Below, piece by piece: positions 21,893 through 31,970 of a stretch of DNA of 64,000 nucleotides. The DNA is taken from contig CAWDWO010000016.1 in the NCBI GenBank assembly GCA_963806035.1, positions 74,581 to 138,580 on the forward strand, given 5' to 3'. The notes beneath the pieces are model-generated. The model saw only the letters and a list, made by a program, of their open reading frames with translations. It was not told the origin of the DNA and did no database searches. The stretch is from Candidatus Krumholzibacteriota bacterium. Lineage in GTDB: Bacteria > Krumholzibacteriota > Krumholzibacteriia > JAJRXK01. How positions within the stretch are numbered: the first letter of the stretch is position 1; every line of letters starts with the position of its first letter. The position numbers were made by a program, and so were the translations under genes.

Positions 21893-23476
21893 TCAGAACT
21901 TGGTGTGTAGGGCGATGCCGGCGAATTTCCGCGTGTAGCCGCCCGCCGAGGACAGCTTGCTGTCACTACTTCCGGCCGAGAGTTCCAGGCGCCAGCGCGG
22001 CGCGAAGCGCCAGCTGAGATCCCCGCTTCCGCTGAACACTCCGTAGTCGTCACCGTCGGCCCACTCGTGGCCCAGTCCCATCTCCAAGCCCACGCTCAGG
22101 CGCGGATCGATCTCACCCTCCAGCCGCGCTGAAGCCCGCGCATTGAAGAAATCGCTGGGATTCCAGTAGCCGCGGTCGCTGATGTGGGAGAAACGGAAGG
22201 CGGTCAGAGTGGGGTTGAGGGTCAAACGCCAGCGTTGTCCCCGGCTGAACGCCACACCCGAAGAGAGGTAGCTGCGTCCATTGCCATCGCTGTAATCGGA
22301 GTACTGCGCCAGTGCACTCCACACGAGATTCGGCCGTAGATTCCAATCGGCGCTGGCCGCGAAACTGGTGACCGCAAGCTCCTCGCTCAGCGCGCGCGGG
22401 GTGTCGATGAAGCTCCGCCCCGTCGAAAAATCCAGACGCCAGCTGGCCTCAGCCCACCAGGTGAACCAGGCATCCCAGCCCAGGAGGCTATAGTCGACCT
22501 TGCCGGGTGGACCATTCACCACCGTGGCATCGCTGCTGAAATTCAGGACCGAGAGATAGGCGTGAATCTGCGTGGCGGGAGAGGGACGCGTGGCGCCGCC
22601 GAGCACCAGCCCCAGCTTGTCGATGTCGGGTTGTCCGTCCTGCCAGAAGCGGCCCTGTTGCACTGCGATCCTCAGGTCCTGCCAGCGCGGAGTGGACGAC
22701 TCGTAGGCCAGCTCGTTGCCCAGGATCTTCAGTTCGTCGCTGTCCTTGGTGTAGCGGCTACGAAGCACGAGTTCGGGATGTTCGGACGAGAGGATGCGCT
22801 GGCGAAGAGCCTCGGCCTCGGGATCGCCCGCCAGGGGAGCCAGAGCGGCGAGCGCCAGATGCAACTCGTCGGCCCAAGCCCAGCTCTGGGCGAGTCCCAA
22901 ACGAGCCTCTCGATTTTGCGGGTGGTCGTCGAGAATCTGCTGGTACTGCCGCGCGGCCTGCCGGTTGCGACCCATCCAGCTCAGACTCCTGGCCTGTCCC
23001 AGGCGCGCCTCCAGGATGTCGGGATGCCCCACCAGAATGCGCCGATACTCCTGCCAGGCCCGATAGTTTTGGTCCGTCCAGTTGAGGGCCCGGGCATAGC
23101 CGATCCGGGCGTCCACCTCGCCCGGCGCCGCCTCGAGCCGCCTCTCGAACCAGGGAATGGCCTTTTGTGGCTGGTCGTTCCAGTTGTACTGATGTCCCAG
23201 CTCGTCGGCGTAGAGCGGAACCAGCGAGGGGTCCGATTCGAAGGCCTTCAAATACGCCTGGATTGCCTCAGAGTGACGGTCGGCCGCCGCGTACTCGCGG
23301 GCCTGCGCCAGCGACTCCTTGGCGGAGCTGTGAGCCTGCTCGGGAGGCGCCGCAACTGGCACTGGCGCATTGAGCGTCGCACCGGCGACGCCCCCCGGAG
23401 CAAGCGTGCCTACGAGCAGCCCGGCCAAAAGCACGAGCCGCGGGGACCAAGCGAGCCCGCGTTGCCTTCTAAACAT
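21893..23476 (-). CDS. TPR plus beta-barrel outer-membrane exporter (PgaA-like)
   Basis: Signal peptide, TPRs (ARLGQARSLSW etc.), a C-terminal barrel with GYWNP and terminal ALHTKF; adjacent to pgaC. Confidence 0.78.
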   Translation of the reverse strand: MFRRQRGLAWSPRLVLLAGLLVGTLAPGGVAGATLNAPVPVAAPPEQAHSSAKESLAQAREYAAADRHSEAIQAYLKAFESDPSLVPLYADELGHQYNWNDQPQKAIPWFERRLEAAPGEVDARIGYARALNWTDQNYRAWQEYRRILVGHPDILEARLGQARSLSWMGRNRQAARQYQQILDDHPQNREARLGLAQSWAWADELHLALAALAPLAGDPEAEALRQRILSSEHPELVLRSRYTKDSDELKILGNELAYESSTPRWQDLRIAVQQGRFWQDGQPDIDKLGLVLGGATRPSPATQIHAYLSVLNFSSDATVVNGPPGKVDYSLLGWDAWFTWWAEASWRLDFSTGRSFIDTPRALSEELAVTSFAASADWNLRPNLVWSALAQYSDYSDGNGRSYLSSGVAFSRGQRWRLTLNPTLTAFRFSHISDRGYWNPSDFFNARASARLEGEIDPRLSVGLEMGLGHEWADGDDYGVFSGSGDLSWRFAPRWRLELSAGSSDSKLSSAGGYTRKFAGIALHTKF

Positions 23477-24731
23477 CTCGCACCGGCGTCCAACGGGTGA
23501 CGCCGTCCCCACCCCCTCTCCCGAAGAAGGCCCGGGGGGTCGTCCAGGTCGTGACCACCGCCAGGATCATCCAGTAGATGATCGGGTAAAGCACTGCTAC
23601 CACGAAGTATCGACCGATACGAGGGTCGTAGCGGCGGTCGAGGACCACGCCGGTCAAGAGCTGCAAGAGGCATACCGTTCCGATCAGCATACCCCACCAA
23701 TTCGGCACGGGGGAGGCCCCCACCGGGGGATAGCCCACCATGTAGGACAGGGTCCAGAGCACGACCATCCAGGTGTAGGTGTAGGCCCAGGTGATGGAGA
23801 GGGTACTCTCGGCCAGCACCGGCCAGAGGCGGCGATGCTTCCATTGCAGGACGGTGCCGCCGTGTCGCCTCAGAACCTGCGCCAGTCCCAGGGCCCAGCG
23901 CGAACGTTGTTTCCAGAGTCCTTTCAGGTTGCGTGGCACTTTCATCCAGACGATCGCCCGCGGCTCGTAACGGACGTCCCAGTGGTGCAGCTGAAGCTTC
24001 CAAGTGAGATCGATGTCCTCGGTGGCCATGTCGGGGCTGTAGAGCCCCGCATCCAGGATCGCCGCGCGGTGAAAGGCTCCCACGACCCCGCTCATGGTGA
24101 GAATTCTGCCCCAGATGCGCTGCGCTCGTCTCTGGAGAGAGATGATGGAGGTGAACTCGATCGCCTGGAGCTTGGCCAGGAAGGTGCCGCGATTCTCGAC
24201 TCTGGGGTTCCCGGTCACTCCTCCCACGCGGGGGGATTTGAAGTGAGGCACGATCATGCGCAGAAGTTGAGGTTCGGGCATGGCGTCGGCGTCCATGACC
24301 ACCAGGATCTCGCCGCGCGCCATCCGCACCGCATCGTTCAGCGCCATGGCCTTTCCCTCGTTGAACTTCTTGCGAAGAAGCCGAATGCGCCCCTGCCTCA
24401 CCAGGGGCAGGATCTTCTCTACGGTGCCGTCGGTGCTGCAGTCGTCGATGACGATCACCTCGAACTCGGGGTAATCGACGGCGAGCATTCCTTCTAGGCT
24501 GTGGAGGATGTGTTCCTCTTCGTTGAAGGCAGGAACGAGGAAGCTGACATAGGGGAAGGACTCGAGCTTGTAGAACTCTTCATCGACTTCACGTTCGCGC
24601 CGCAGAAAGTAGACGGCGCTGGTGAAGACCCACATCAGGCTGGTCAGGATCGGATACCAGGCAAAGAAGACGAGTGCCGCCAGGTAGATCCAGTGCCGTT
24701 GAATGGCCTCGAGAATCGGCAGAAGGGTCAC
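23469..24731 (-). CDS. pgaC: Poly-beta-1,6-N-acetylglucosamine synthase (GT2)
   Basis: PAFNEE, DDCSTD, GKAMALN, MDAD, VTGNPR, TEDID, QRSRWA (QxxRW) and C-terminal TM helices with a TRW motif. Confidence 0.9.
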   Translation of the reverse strand: MTLLPILEAIQRHWIYLAALVFFAWYPILTSLMWVFTSAVYFLRREREVDEEFYKLESFPYVSFLVPAFNEEEHILHSLEGMLAVDYPEFEVIVIDDCSTDGTVEKILPLVRQGRIRLLRKKFNEGKAMALNDAVRMARGEILVVMDADAMPEPQLLRMIVPHFKSPRVGGVTGNPRVENRGTFLAKLQAIEFTSIISLQRRAQRIWGRILTMSGVVGAFHRAAILDAGLYSPDMATEDIDLTWKLQLHHWDVRYEPRAIVWMKVPRNLKGLWKQRSRWALGLAQVLRRHGGTVLQWKHRRLWPVLAESTLSITWAYTYTWMVVLWTLSYMVGYPPVGASPVPNWWGMLIGTVCLLQLLTGVVLDRRYDPRIGRYFVVAVLYPIIYWMILAVVTTWTTPRAFFGRGGGDGVTRWTPVRDV

Positions 24732-25117
24732 GGTCTCACCTCCTCGGCCGGAGGAGTGGTCGCGTGGTAGCGTTTCACTCCTTCATCCTGCAGCACTTCG
24801 AGTTCGACGTAGTGTGCCGCGCTGAGAGGCTCCGAGCCGATCATCTCGATTTTCCGGCCGAGAGTGTCACTCTCGGATTCGGAGGGAGCGCTGCGTCGAT
24901 TTTTGCGCCTGCCCTTGGCTCGACGGGCCACCTGCAGGTTGTGGCGAATCCAGATGAGAGTGACCGCACAAACAAAGCCTACCAAGGCGAAGAGGATGAT
25001 CAGCGCCGACAGGGTGGCAGGGTTGAGACGGCGCCGGCTCACCAGCCACCAGTAGTAGGCAAAGAGCACCCACGCGATCAATGCGAGCGCACTTTGACTC
25101 AAGACTCTGCGCTTCAT
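24728..25117 (-). CDS. Small two-TM membrane protein, PgaD-like
   Basis: Two TM helices followed by WIRHN and a basic stretch, like the PgaD W..YN..R pattern. Its TGA overlaps the pgaC GTG. Confidence 0.6.
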   Translation of the reverse strand: MKRRVLSQSALALIAWVLFAYYWWLVSRRRLNPATLSALIILFALVGFVCAVTLIWIRHNLQVARRAKGRRKNRRSAPSESESDTLGRKIEMIGSEPLSAAHYVELEVLQDEGVKRYHATTPPAEEVRP

Positions 25118-25475
25118 CGCGCACTTCCTCTCGGTGGCCGTCCTTGGTGTCCGTCTCCCCGTGGTCTCCGAGCTTTGCACCCAGAGGGTGCTTCGCTTTC
25201 CGGTTCTTCCCCATGGGGGAGAGGTATTCCCCGCGAGAAGAGCGACCGCGCGACTGCGGCCGGCCTCTCGCTGCGGAAACGCCCCACAAACTTCGGCCAC
25301 CCCTGAACTTCTGCAACCCTGGGGCCAAGAGGGCCGCTGGGATCCCGTCTGCTTGACGGTTGCGGGTCACCCTTCTAACCTCTAACGGATCTTGAATTTG
25401 GAAGAATCTGCCCGGGAACGGATTTCCGCCGGACCGGCGCCGGTATAGGAATGTTCGGGAACTTCGGAGGACAAC

Positions 25476-28292
25476 GTGCGCGCTCTCGCTCTCAACCGCA
25501 AAGTCTTGCCCAGCCTCCTCTTGGCGCTGTTCATCGGCGCGTGCACCCGGGGCTCGGCTCCGCAGATGAGCACCGCCCCCGCTTCCGAGACTGCCGAGGC
25601 GAAGGCTCTCCCCGACAGCAACTTTCACGAGTTCACTCTGTCCAACGGATTGACCCTGGCCGTACGCGAGGATCACGACAGCCCCCTGGTCGCAATCGTG
25701 ACCCGCGTGGGCTCGGGTTATCTGCAGGAGACCGAGTCGCAGAGCGGCTGGAGCCATCTGCTGGAGCACATGATCCTGCGGGGTACCAAGACCCATCCCG
25801 GCGCCCACCAAATCGATTCGCTCGTGGCGCGCATGGGCGGCGTGCTCAACGGCGCCACCACCTACGATCACACCGAAACCTTTTTGGTCGTGCCCACAGA
25901 GCAATTGAATCCGGGCCTCGGCTTGATGGCGGAGATCTATCGCGAACCCCTGCTCGACGCGAAAGTACTCGAGCGCGAGAGACGGGCCGTGAAAATGGAA
26001 ATCGAACAAAAGCTCGAACACCCCATCGCGCACGCCCGTGACGAGCTTTTGCAACTCATGTTTTCGCGAAATGCCCTGGGACGAGGACAGGGCCAGAGCC
26101 TGAGTGCCCTGGATTCGCTGGATCGAGATTCTCTCCTGGCTTTCCACGACGAGCAGTATCGGCCGTCCAACACCGTCTTGAGCGTGGTGGGTGACGTCGA
26201 TGCGGACGCCGTTCATGCGCGGGTAGAGGAACTCTTGGGCAGCATGCCACGCGGTGAATTGCGGCGTCACAGTGCCCCCGATGAGCCTGCGCCGAGCTCG
26301 CTGCGTTTCACGAGAGAGCTTGGATCCTATGACCCCAATCTGGTCATGGTGGGTTTCCCGCTCTCGGTGGCCGCCGCGGGCGATCTGCCTGCACTGCAAG
26401 TCCTGGCACAGCTTCTCGTGGACGGCAGCTCCTCTCGCATGAATATGCTGTTGAAGACCGAACAGGATCTCATCGAGAGCTGCTCCTCTCGGATCGTCTT
26501 GAATGGTGGCACGGGTCTCTTCGAAGTGCTCATTCAGGCGCCGAGCAAGGCGGATGACCAGGCACTGCGGACCCTCTTCACCGAACTCGATCGCATTCGC
26601 CGCCTCGGAGTACTCGACGAGGAGCTCGCGGCCGCGCGCATGCGCTTGAAGAATCGCTGGTGGTTGGAGAGAGAAGACGTCCTCGCTCGCGCGCGAATCC
26701 AGGCGGCGGAGATCGGGCCCCATGGCCGGCAGACTTCGCCCGATGCCTGGGATTCTGTTGGATCGAAAGAGATTCAGCAGGCGATCACGCGCTGGCTTCA
26801 GATCCCCCGCGCCAGCGTCGTCGAGTTGCTCAACGAAGTCACCAGTAGAGCCAGGCCGTTCTACCTGCGCTTGGATGCTGCTGGCATGCAGGGACATCTT
26901 CAAGGCGCCGTTCTCGCGGCCGCGCAACACGCACAAGCACCCATCGCTCCGGCTCCGCCCCCGTCCCTTCACTCGCGTCTCGCTCTGGGGGGATGGTCCA
27001 GCGCCTTCGCGCATGTCCAGCCTGCCGGGGGAATTTACCGCTACCAATTCGACAATGGCGCGGTGCTCATCGTGGACACTGAGGAAGATTCTCCCATGTG
27101 CTCGGCGAGCTTGCGCTTCCGGGGTGGACGCGTAGCGGAGGTGAGGAACACTGCGGGCCTGACCAGCCTGCTCCAGGTCCTCATGATCGAGCAAACCACC
27201 ACGCGCGACCCGGTTTCCCTCGCGGTCGAACTTGGTGGTCTGGGAAGCTCGGTCGTGCCGACGCGCGGCTCGGACTCCTTCGGCTTTCGCATGGAAGTCC
27301 AGGGACCGGATTTGCCCTATGCCCTCGACATTCTCTGCGACATGGCAAGCAACACCGTGCTGGACAATCGTCGATTCCTGAAGGCGGTGAATGATCGGGG
27401 ACACAAGCTGCGTCAGCCGAGCAATCAGCTCTTTGATTCCACCAGCGAGCTGGTGCGCGAGGCGGCCTGGGGAGACAATGGCTATGGAATCCCGGATTTG
27501 GGAACCCTGGAGTCCATGCGCGTGGTGAGCCCACCTCGCTTGCAAGAGTTCTATACCGAGAGCTGCAACCCGGGCAACGCGGTCATCGTGGTCACGGGAA
27601 AAGTAGACCCCGAGATGGTGCGGAAGTTCCTGGAGCTCTACATGTCCGATTGGAGCGATGCCAGCGATCTCTATCCCTCGGGCGCCGAGGCCTATTTCAG
27701 TTCGGATCTCATCGAGCCACTGTCCGCGGTCGCAGCGGATTCCACGGTGGAAGTTCACCGTCCGGATCCTCTGGCCGCGGTACAAATCGGCTTTTCCGCT
27801 CCGGGCCAGCGCGACCCTCTCTCCACGAGCTACCGCCTCTTCGTGGCCTGGATGAAGGGACCGGAGAGTCCGCTTCGCGGCGCGCTGAGAGCACGGGATT
27901 ACGCGGGCCCCCTTTATCTGCACGACCAGGGAGGCGCTCTCGGGAGTTTGTTCTGCCTCTATACGGTCAGTCCCTCGACGGAACTCGACTCCGCGCAGAA
28001 AGATCTCGTCGAGGCAGCACGCAGCGCGGCTGAGGCCCGCCTGAGCGAGAAGCAGCTGGCGCGCACCAAATCGTATCTGGCAACTTCCTTCCTTCTGAAG
28101 AAGCAAGGCTTGGCCGAGCGTGACGCTTTCCTGGCTCAACGCGAGATCTTGGGATTGAAACCAGAGAGCTTGTCCGATCATGCCGCCGATTTCAGCGCGG
28201 TGAGTCTGGACTCGGTGCAGTCGCTCAGCGGCAAGATTCTGCGCGGCCCCTATGCGGTCGGACGGGTGAACGGCACCGTGAGCGAGAAATAG
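25476..28292 (+). CDS. M16 (insulinase/pitrilysin) family zinc peptidase, probable lipoprotein
   Basis: Lipobox-like FIGAC, LSNGL, HLLEH inverted zinc motif, NGATTYDHT; the duplicated second half lacks HxxEH. Confidence 0.9.
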   Translation: MRALALNRKVLPSLLLALFIGACTRGSAPQMSTAPASETAEAKALPDSNFHEFTLSNGLTLAVREDHDSPLVAIVTRVGSGYLQETESQSGWSHLLEHMILRGTKTHPGAHQIDSLVARMGGVLNGATTYDHTETFLVVPTEQLNPGLGLMAEIYREPLLDAKVLERERRAVKMEIEQKLEHPIAHARDELLQLMFSRNALGRGQGQSLSALDSLDRDSLLAFHDEQYRPSNTVLSVVGDVDADAVHARVEELLGSMPRGELRRHSAPDEPAPSSLRFTRELGSYDPNLVMVGFPLSVAAAGDLPALQVLAQLLVDGSSSRMNMLLKTEQDLIESCSSRIVLNGGTGLFEVLIQAPSKADDQALRTLFTELDRIRRLGVLDEELAAARMRLKNRWWLEREDVLARARIQAAEIGPHGRQTSPDAWDSVGSKEIQQAITRWLQIPRASVVELLNEVTSRARPFYLRLDAAGMQGHLQGAVLAAAQHAQAPIAPAPPPSLHSRLALGGWSSAFAHVQPAGGIYRYQFDNGAVLIVDTEEDSPMCSASLRFRGGRVAEVRNTAGLTSLLQVLMIEQTTTRDPVSLAVELGGLGSSVVPTRGSDSFGFRMEVQGPDLPYALDILCDMASNTVLDNRRFLKAVNDRGHKLRQPSNQLFDSTSELVREAAWGDNGYGIPDLGTLESMRVVSPPRLQEFYTESCNPGNAVIVVTGKVDPEMVRKFLELYMSDWSDASDLYPSGAEAYFSSDLIEPLSAVAADSTVEVHRPDPLAAVQIGFSAPGQRDPLSTSYRLFVAWMKGPESPLRGALRARDYAGPLYLHDQGGALGSLFCLYTVSPSTELDSAQKDLVEAARSAAEARLSEKQLARTKSYLATSFLLKKQGLAERDAFLAQREILGLKPESLSDHAADFSAVSLDSVQSLSGKILRGPYAVGRVNGTVSEK

Positions 28293-28299
28293 GGAGAGC

Positions 28300-31005
28300 A
28301 TGAACAGTCAAGACATCCGTCAGGCCTTCCTCGATTACTTCCAGGAACGCGGACATACTTTCGTCCCGAGCAGCAGCTTGATCCCGGACGACGACCCCAC
28401 TCTTCTGTTCACCAATGCGGGGATGAATCAATTCAAGAGCGTGCTCCTGGGTGAGGAGAAACGCTCCTACCTTCGCGCCGCAAACAGCCAGAAGTGCATG
28501 CGGGTGAGTGGGAAGCACAACGATCTGGAAGCGGTAGGGCGGGACGGGCGGCACCACACCTTCTTCGAGATGTTGGGGAATTGGTCTTTCGGCGACTACT
28601 ACAAGCTCGAGGCGATCCAGTGGGCTTGGGAATTCCTCACCGAGAAGATGGGTCTGGAGCGCGAGAAGCTGCTGGTGAGCGTGTACAAGGACGATGACGA
28701 GAGCTACCAGATTTGGCGCGATCGCATTGGCGTTCCCGAGGACCGCATCTACCGGCTGGGAGACATCTCCAAAGGCGACGAAGAAAATTTCTGGAGTATG
28801 GGGGACACGGGCCCCTGTGGTCCCTGCACCGAGATTCACTTCGACCAGGGGAGCGAAGTGGCCGGCGGCGATGAGCGACCGCTGGGCGAGAACGACAGCG
28901 ACCGCTACCTCGAAATCTGGAACCTCGTCTTCATTCAGTACGATCGTGACTCGGAAGGTAAACTCTCGCCGCTGCCGCTGCAGAGCGTGGACACGGGAAT
29001 GGGGCTGGAACGTCTCGCCGCGCTGAAGGCCAATGTGAGCAGCAATTACGGCACCGACCTCTTCCAACCTCTGGTTCGTTGGGTGGCGAAGACGAGTGGG
29101 AGAAGCCCCGAGGATCCCGAGGACAAAGTGAGCATGCAGGTGATCGCTGATCACGCGCGAGCACTCACCTTCACCGTGGCGGACGGTGGTCGCCCCGGGA
29201 ACGACGGACGCGGATACGTCCTGCGCCGCATCTTGCGGCGCGCCGCGCGCCACGGGCGACGGCTCGGTTTCACCGAACCGTTCCTCTACGAGGTTGCCGA
29301 CCTGGTCATCGAGATGATGGGTGGGCACTACCGCGAACTGGTCGACGCCCGCGACCACATCATGCGAGTGATTCGAACCGAGGAGGAGCGCTTCAACGAA
29401 ACGCTCGATCGCGGCCTGGTTCTTTTCGATGAAGCCTCCGAGCGCGCGTCCGAGGAGTTCGCGCAGCGAAAGAAGAAGGGCAGCAAGTCATCCCTTGAAG
29501 AAACACCGGTCATCTCCGGTGAAGATGCCTTCAAGCTGCACGACACCTTCGGCTTTCCCCTTGACCTCACCGAATTGATGGCGTCGGAGAAGGGAATGCG
29601 CGTGGACACCGAGGGCTTTGAAGAGGCCATGGAAGCCCAAAGAGCGCGCGCTCGCGCCGCCAGCAACTTCAGCGCGGCGCAGCAGAACGAGGCCTGGAAT
29701 TGGCTCGATGGCGAGCCCGGCGTCGACCGTCCCGTGGCTCGCTTCGTGGGGTACGAGAAACTCGACACCAAGTGCAAGCTCCTGGGCTTCCGGCCCGTCG
29801 ACCAGAAGCGATTCGAAGTGGTGATCGACCCCTGTCCCTTCTACGCGGAAAGCGGCGGACAGATCGGTGACCGCGGATTCATAGAGAATGATCAGCTGAA
29901 GCTGAAGGTCCTGGATACTCGCGCTTCGAATGCAGGGCCGGTGTGCTTGGTCGAGTCCTCCTCGCAGGAACTCGAAAGTGCGGTCTCCTCGAGCACGGAA
30001 TTCTCGGCCAGCGTGGATGCACCCCGGCGGCGCGCGATCATGCGCAACCATACCGCCACTCACTTGCTTCATCGCGCGCTGCGCGACCGCCTGGGCGCCC
30101 ACGCGACTCAGGCCGGATCGCTGGTGGCACCTGATCGGCTTCGCTTCGACTTCCATCACGATGGCGCCCTGGGCAAGGAGGCTCTCGACGCGATCGAGAG
30201 CGCGGTGAATTCACAAATCCTGGCCGATCGTTCGGTGACCAAGCACGTCGACGTTCCCCTGGAAGAGGCGCGAGAGATGGGCGCGGTTGCGATGTTTGGC
30301 GAGAAGTACGGAGAGAAGGTCAGGGTGGTCCAGGTCGACGATTACAGCATCGAGTTCTGCGGAGGAACGCACTGTGACCACACCGGAGAAATCGGCTTGA
30401 TCCGCATCACGGGAGAGAGCGCGGTGGCGGCGGGAGTGCGCCGGATCGAGGCGGTCACCGGGCCGGCGGCGTTACAGGCTTTCGAGAGCGATCGGGAGAT
30501 CGTAAGGAACCTGGGGGAAACTCTGTCGAGCCGTCCCGATGACCTGCTGGGACGCGTGGCCGCGATCCAGGACGAGCTCAAGCATCTTCGCGACGAACTC
30601 TCGCGCGCCCAGGGGGCAAAGGCCAAGGATGCGGCGGAAGAACTTTTGGCCAGCGCGACCGAAGTCGCGGGCGTGAAGCTCATCGCGGCGAAAGTGGAAA
30701 TCGAAAGCCGCGAGAACCTGATGCAGATGGGCGATACCCTGCGCGAAAAGCTGAAGGGTGGCGCGGCGGTGCTCGCGGCCGAGCTCGATGGAAAGGTGGC
30801 ATTTCTCGCGGTCGTCACCGATGATGTCATTTCCTCTCTGGGCTTGAAGGCGGGAGATTTGATCCAGCGCGTGGCGAAGATTGCCGGTGGCAGTGGCGGT
30901 GGTCGTCCGCACCTCGCGCAGGCGGGGGGGAAGGATCCGGCCAAGATTCCCGCGGCGATTGCGGCGGTCCCCGAAATCGTGAAAGAACTGGTCAGTTCCA
31001 ACTGA
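28300..31005 (+). CDS. alaS: Alanine--tRNA ligase
   Basis: LLFTNAGMNQFK, HHTFFEMLGNWSFGDY, DTGMGLER, editing motifs HTATH and CGGTH, C-terminal GGGRP. Confidence 0.98.
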   Translation: MNSQDIRQAFLDYFQERGHTFVPSSSLIPDDDPTLLFTNAGMNQFKSVLLGEEKRSYLRAANSQKCMRVSGKHNDLEAVGRDGRHHTFFEMLGNWSFGDYYKLEAIQWAWEFLTEKMGLEREKLLVSVYKDDDESYQIWRDRIGVPEDRIYRLGDISKGDEENFWSMGDTGPCGPCTEIHFDQGSEVAGGDERPLGENDSDRYLEIWNLVFIQYDRDSEGKLSPLPLQSVDTGMGLERLAALKANVSSNYGTDLFQPLVRWVAKTSGRSPEDPEDKVSMQVIADHARALTFTVADGGRPGNDGRGYVLRRILRRAARHGRRLGFTEPFLYEVADLVIEMMGGHYRELVDARDHIMRVIRTEEERFNETLDRGLVLFDEASERASEEFAQRKKKGSKSSLEETPVISGEDAFKLHDTFGFPLDLTELMASEKGMRVDTEGFEEAMEAQRARARAASNFSAAQQNEAWNWLDGEPGVDRPVARFVGYEKLDTKCKLLGFRPVDQKRFEVVIDPCPFYAESGGQIGDRGFIENDQLKLKVLDTRASNAGPVCLVESSSQELESAVSSSTEFSASVDAPRRRAIMRNHTATHLLHRALRDRLGAHATQAGSLVAPDRLRFDFHHDGALGKEALDAIESAVNSQILADRSVTKHVDVPLEEAREMGAVAMFGEKYGEKVRVVQVDDYSIEFCGGTHCDHTGEIGLIRITGESAVAAGVRRIEAVTGPAALQAFESDREIVRNLGETLSSRPDDLLGRVAAIQDELKHLRDELSRAQGAKAKDAAEELLASATEVAGVKLIAAKVEIESRENLMQMGDTLREKLKGGAAVLAAELDGKVAFLAVVTDDVISSLGLKAGDLIQRVAKIAGGSGGGRPHLAQAGGKDPAKIPAAIAAVPEIVKELVSSN

Positions 31006-31064
31006 GCCTGCCCTCAAATTTTCGGTCGGCACTTCAGGATGCCGACGCCATTGCGGGAGAATCC

Positions 31065-31970
31065 ATGGATCCAATTCTGCAACTTCTGGGCGTCAAGCGG
31101 AGCTTCGGCTCCATCCGCGCCGTGGACGGAGTCGACCTGAACGTGCCGCGAGGAGCGATCTACGGCATCCTCGGTCCCAACGGGGCGGGCAAGACCACCA
31201 CCATCCGCATGATCCTGAACATCTACATTCCCGACGAGGGGAAAATTCTCTTCGACGGGGGACGCCTGGACCGCCACGCGATCAACCACATCGGATACTT
31301 GCCGGAGGAACGCGGACTCTACAAGCGCATGCGAGTGGAGGAACACGTGGTCTACCTGGCGCGCCTGAAGGGTGTGCCGACGGCCGAGGCCAAGCGCCGC
31401 GCCCGACTCTGGCTGGAGCGCTTTGGTCTGGACGATCGCGCGAGCGCCAAGACGGATGAACTCTCCAAGGGAATGCAGCAGAAAGTCCAATTCATCGGCA
31501 CGGTGATCTCCGAACCACAGATGGTGGTCCTGGACGAACCGTTCAGCGGGCTCGATCCGATCAACGTGAAACTGCTGCGTGAGATCATCGAGGAAATTCG
31601 CGCCGCGGGCCGCACCGTCCTCTTCTCCACTCACGTCATGGAGCAGGCGGAGCAGATCTGTGACCACATCTTTTTGATCAACGACGGCCGCAAGGTCCTC
31701 GACGGGAAGTTGGAAGACATCGTCGAAAACTATCCGGTGGACAATGTTCGTGTTTCCGGCGAGTTCGAGGCGCAGACTTTCGAGAACATCGCCGCGGTGG
31801 ATTCGACCAAACGCAATGGAAACGAAATGCTGGTGCGTTTGAAAGATGGCTTCGTGGCGCAGGACCTTTTGCTCGAGTTGGTGAAGAGGGGAAGAGTCGA
31901 CCGATTCGCCGCCGCCCGTCCTCCCCTGAGCGAAATCTTCATTCGGGAAGTGGAGAGAAGCCGTGAATAA
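31065..31970 (+). CDS. ABC transporter ATP-binding protein (NatA/YhaQ-like)
   Basis: GPNGAGKTT, GYLPEERGLY, LSKGMQQK, LDEPFSGLDP. Confidence 0.93.
   Translation: MDPILQLLGVKRSFGSIRAVDGVDLNVPRGAIYGILGPNGAGKTTTIRMILNIYIPDEGKILFDGGRLDRHAINHIGYLPEERGLYKRMRVEEHVVYLARLKGVPTAEAKRRARLWLERFGLDDRASAKTDELSKGMQQKVQFIGTVISEPQMVVLDEPFSGLDPINVKLLREIIEEIRAAGRTVLFSTHVMEQAEQICDHIFLINDGRKVLDGKLEDIVENYPVDNVRVSGEFEAQTFENIAAVDSTKRNGNEMLVRLKDGFVAQDLLLELVKRGRVDRFAAARPPLSEIFIREVERSRE

Noticed and set aside
25120..25260. Possible c-di-GMP riboswitch upstream of the pga-like operon (GCAAAGC on the minus strand)
   Set aside because: Only a fragment of the consensus is present; the paired GNRA/receptor architecture could not be built.
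24867..28301. 1144-aa antisense ORF, plus many other long antisense or alternate-frame ORFs (e.g. 15147-16736, 43175-44947, 55681-57222)
   Set aside because: They shadow well-supported genes, lack any family motifs, and are expected from stop-codon scarcity in high-GC DNA.
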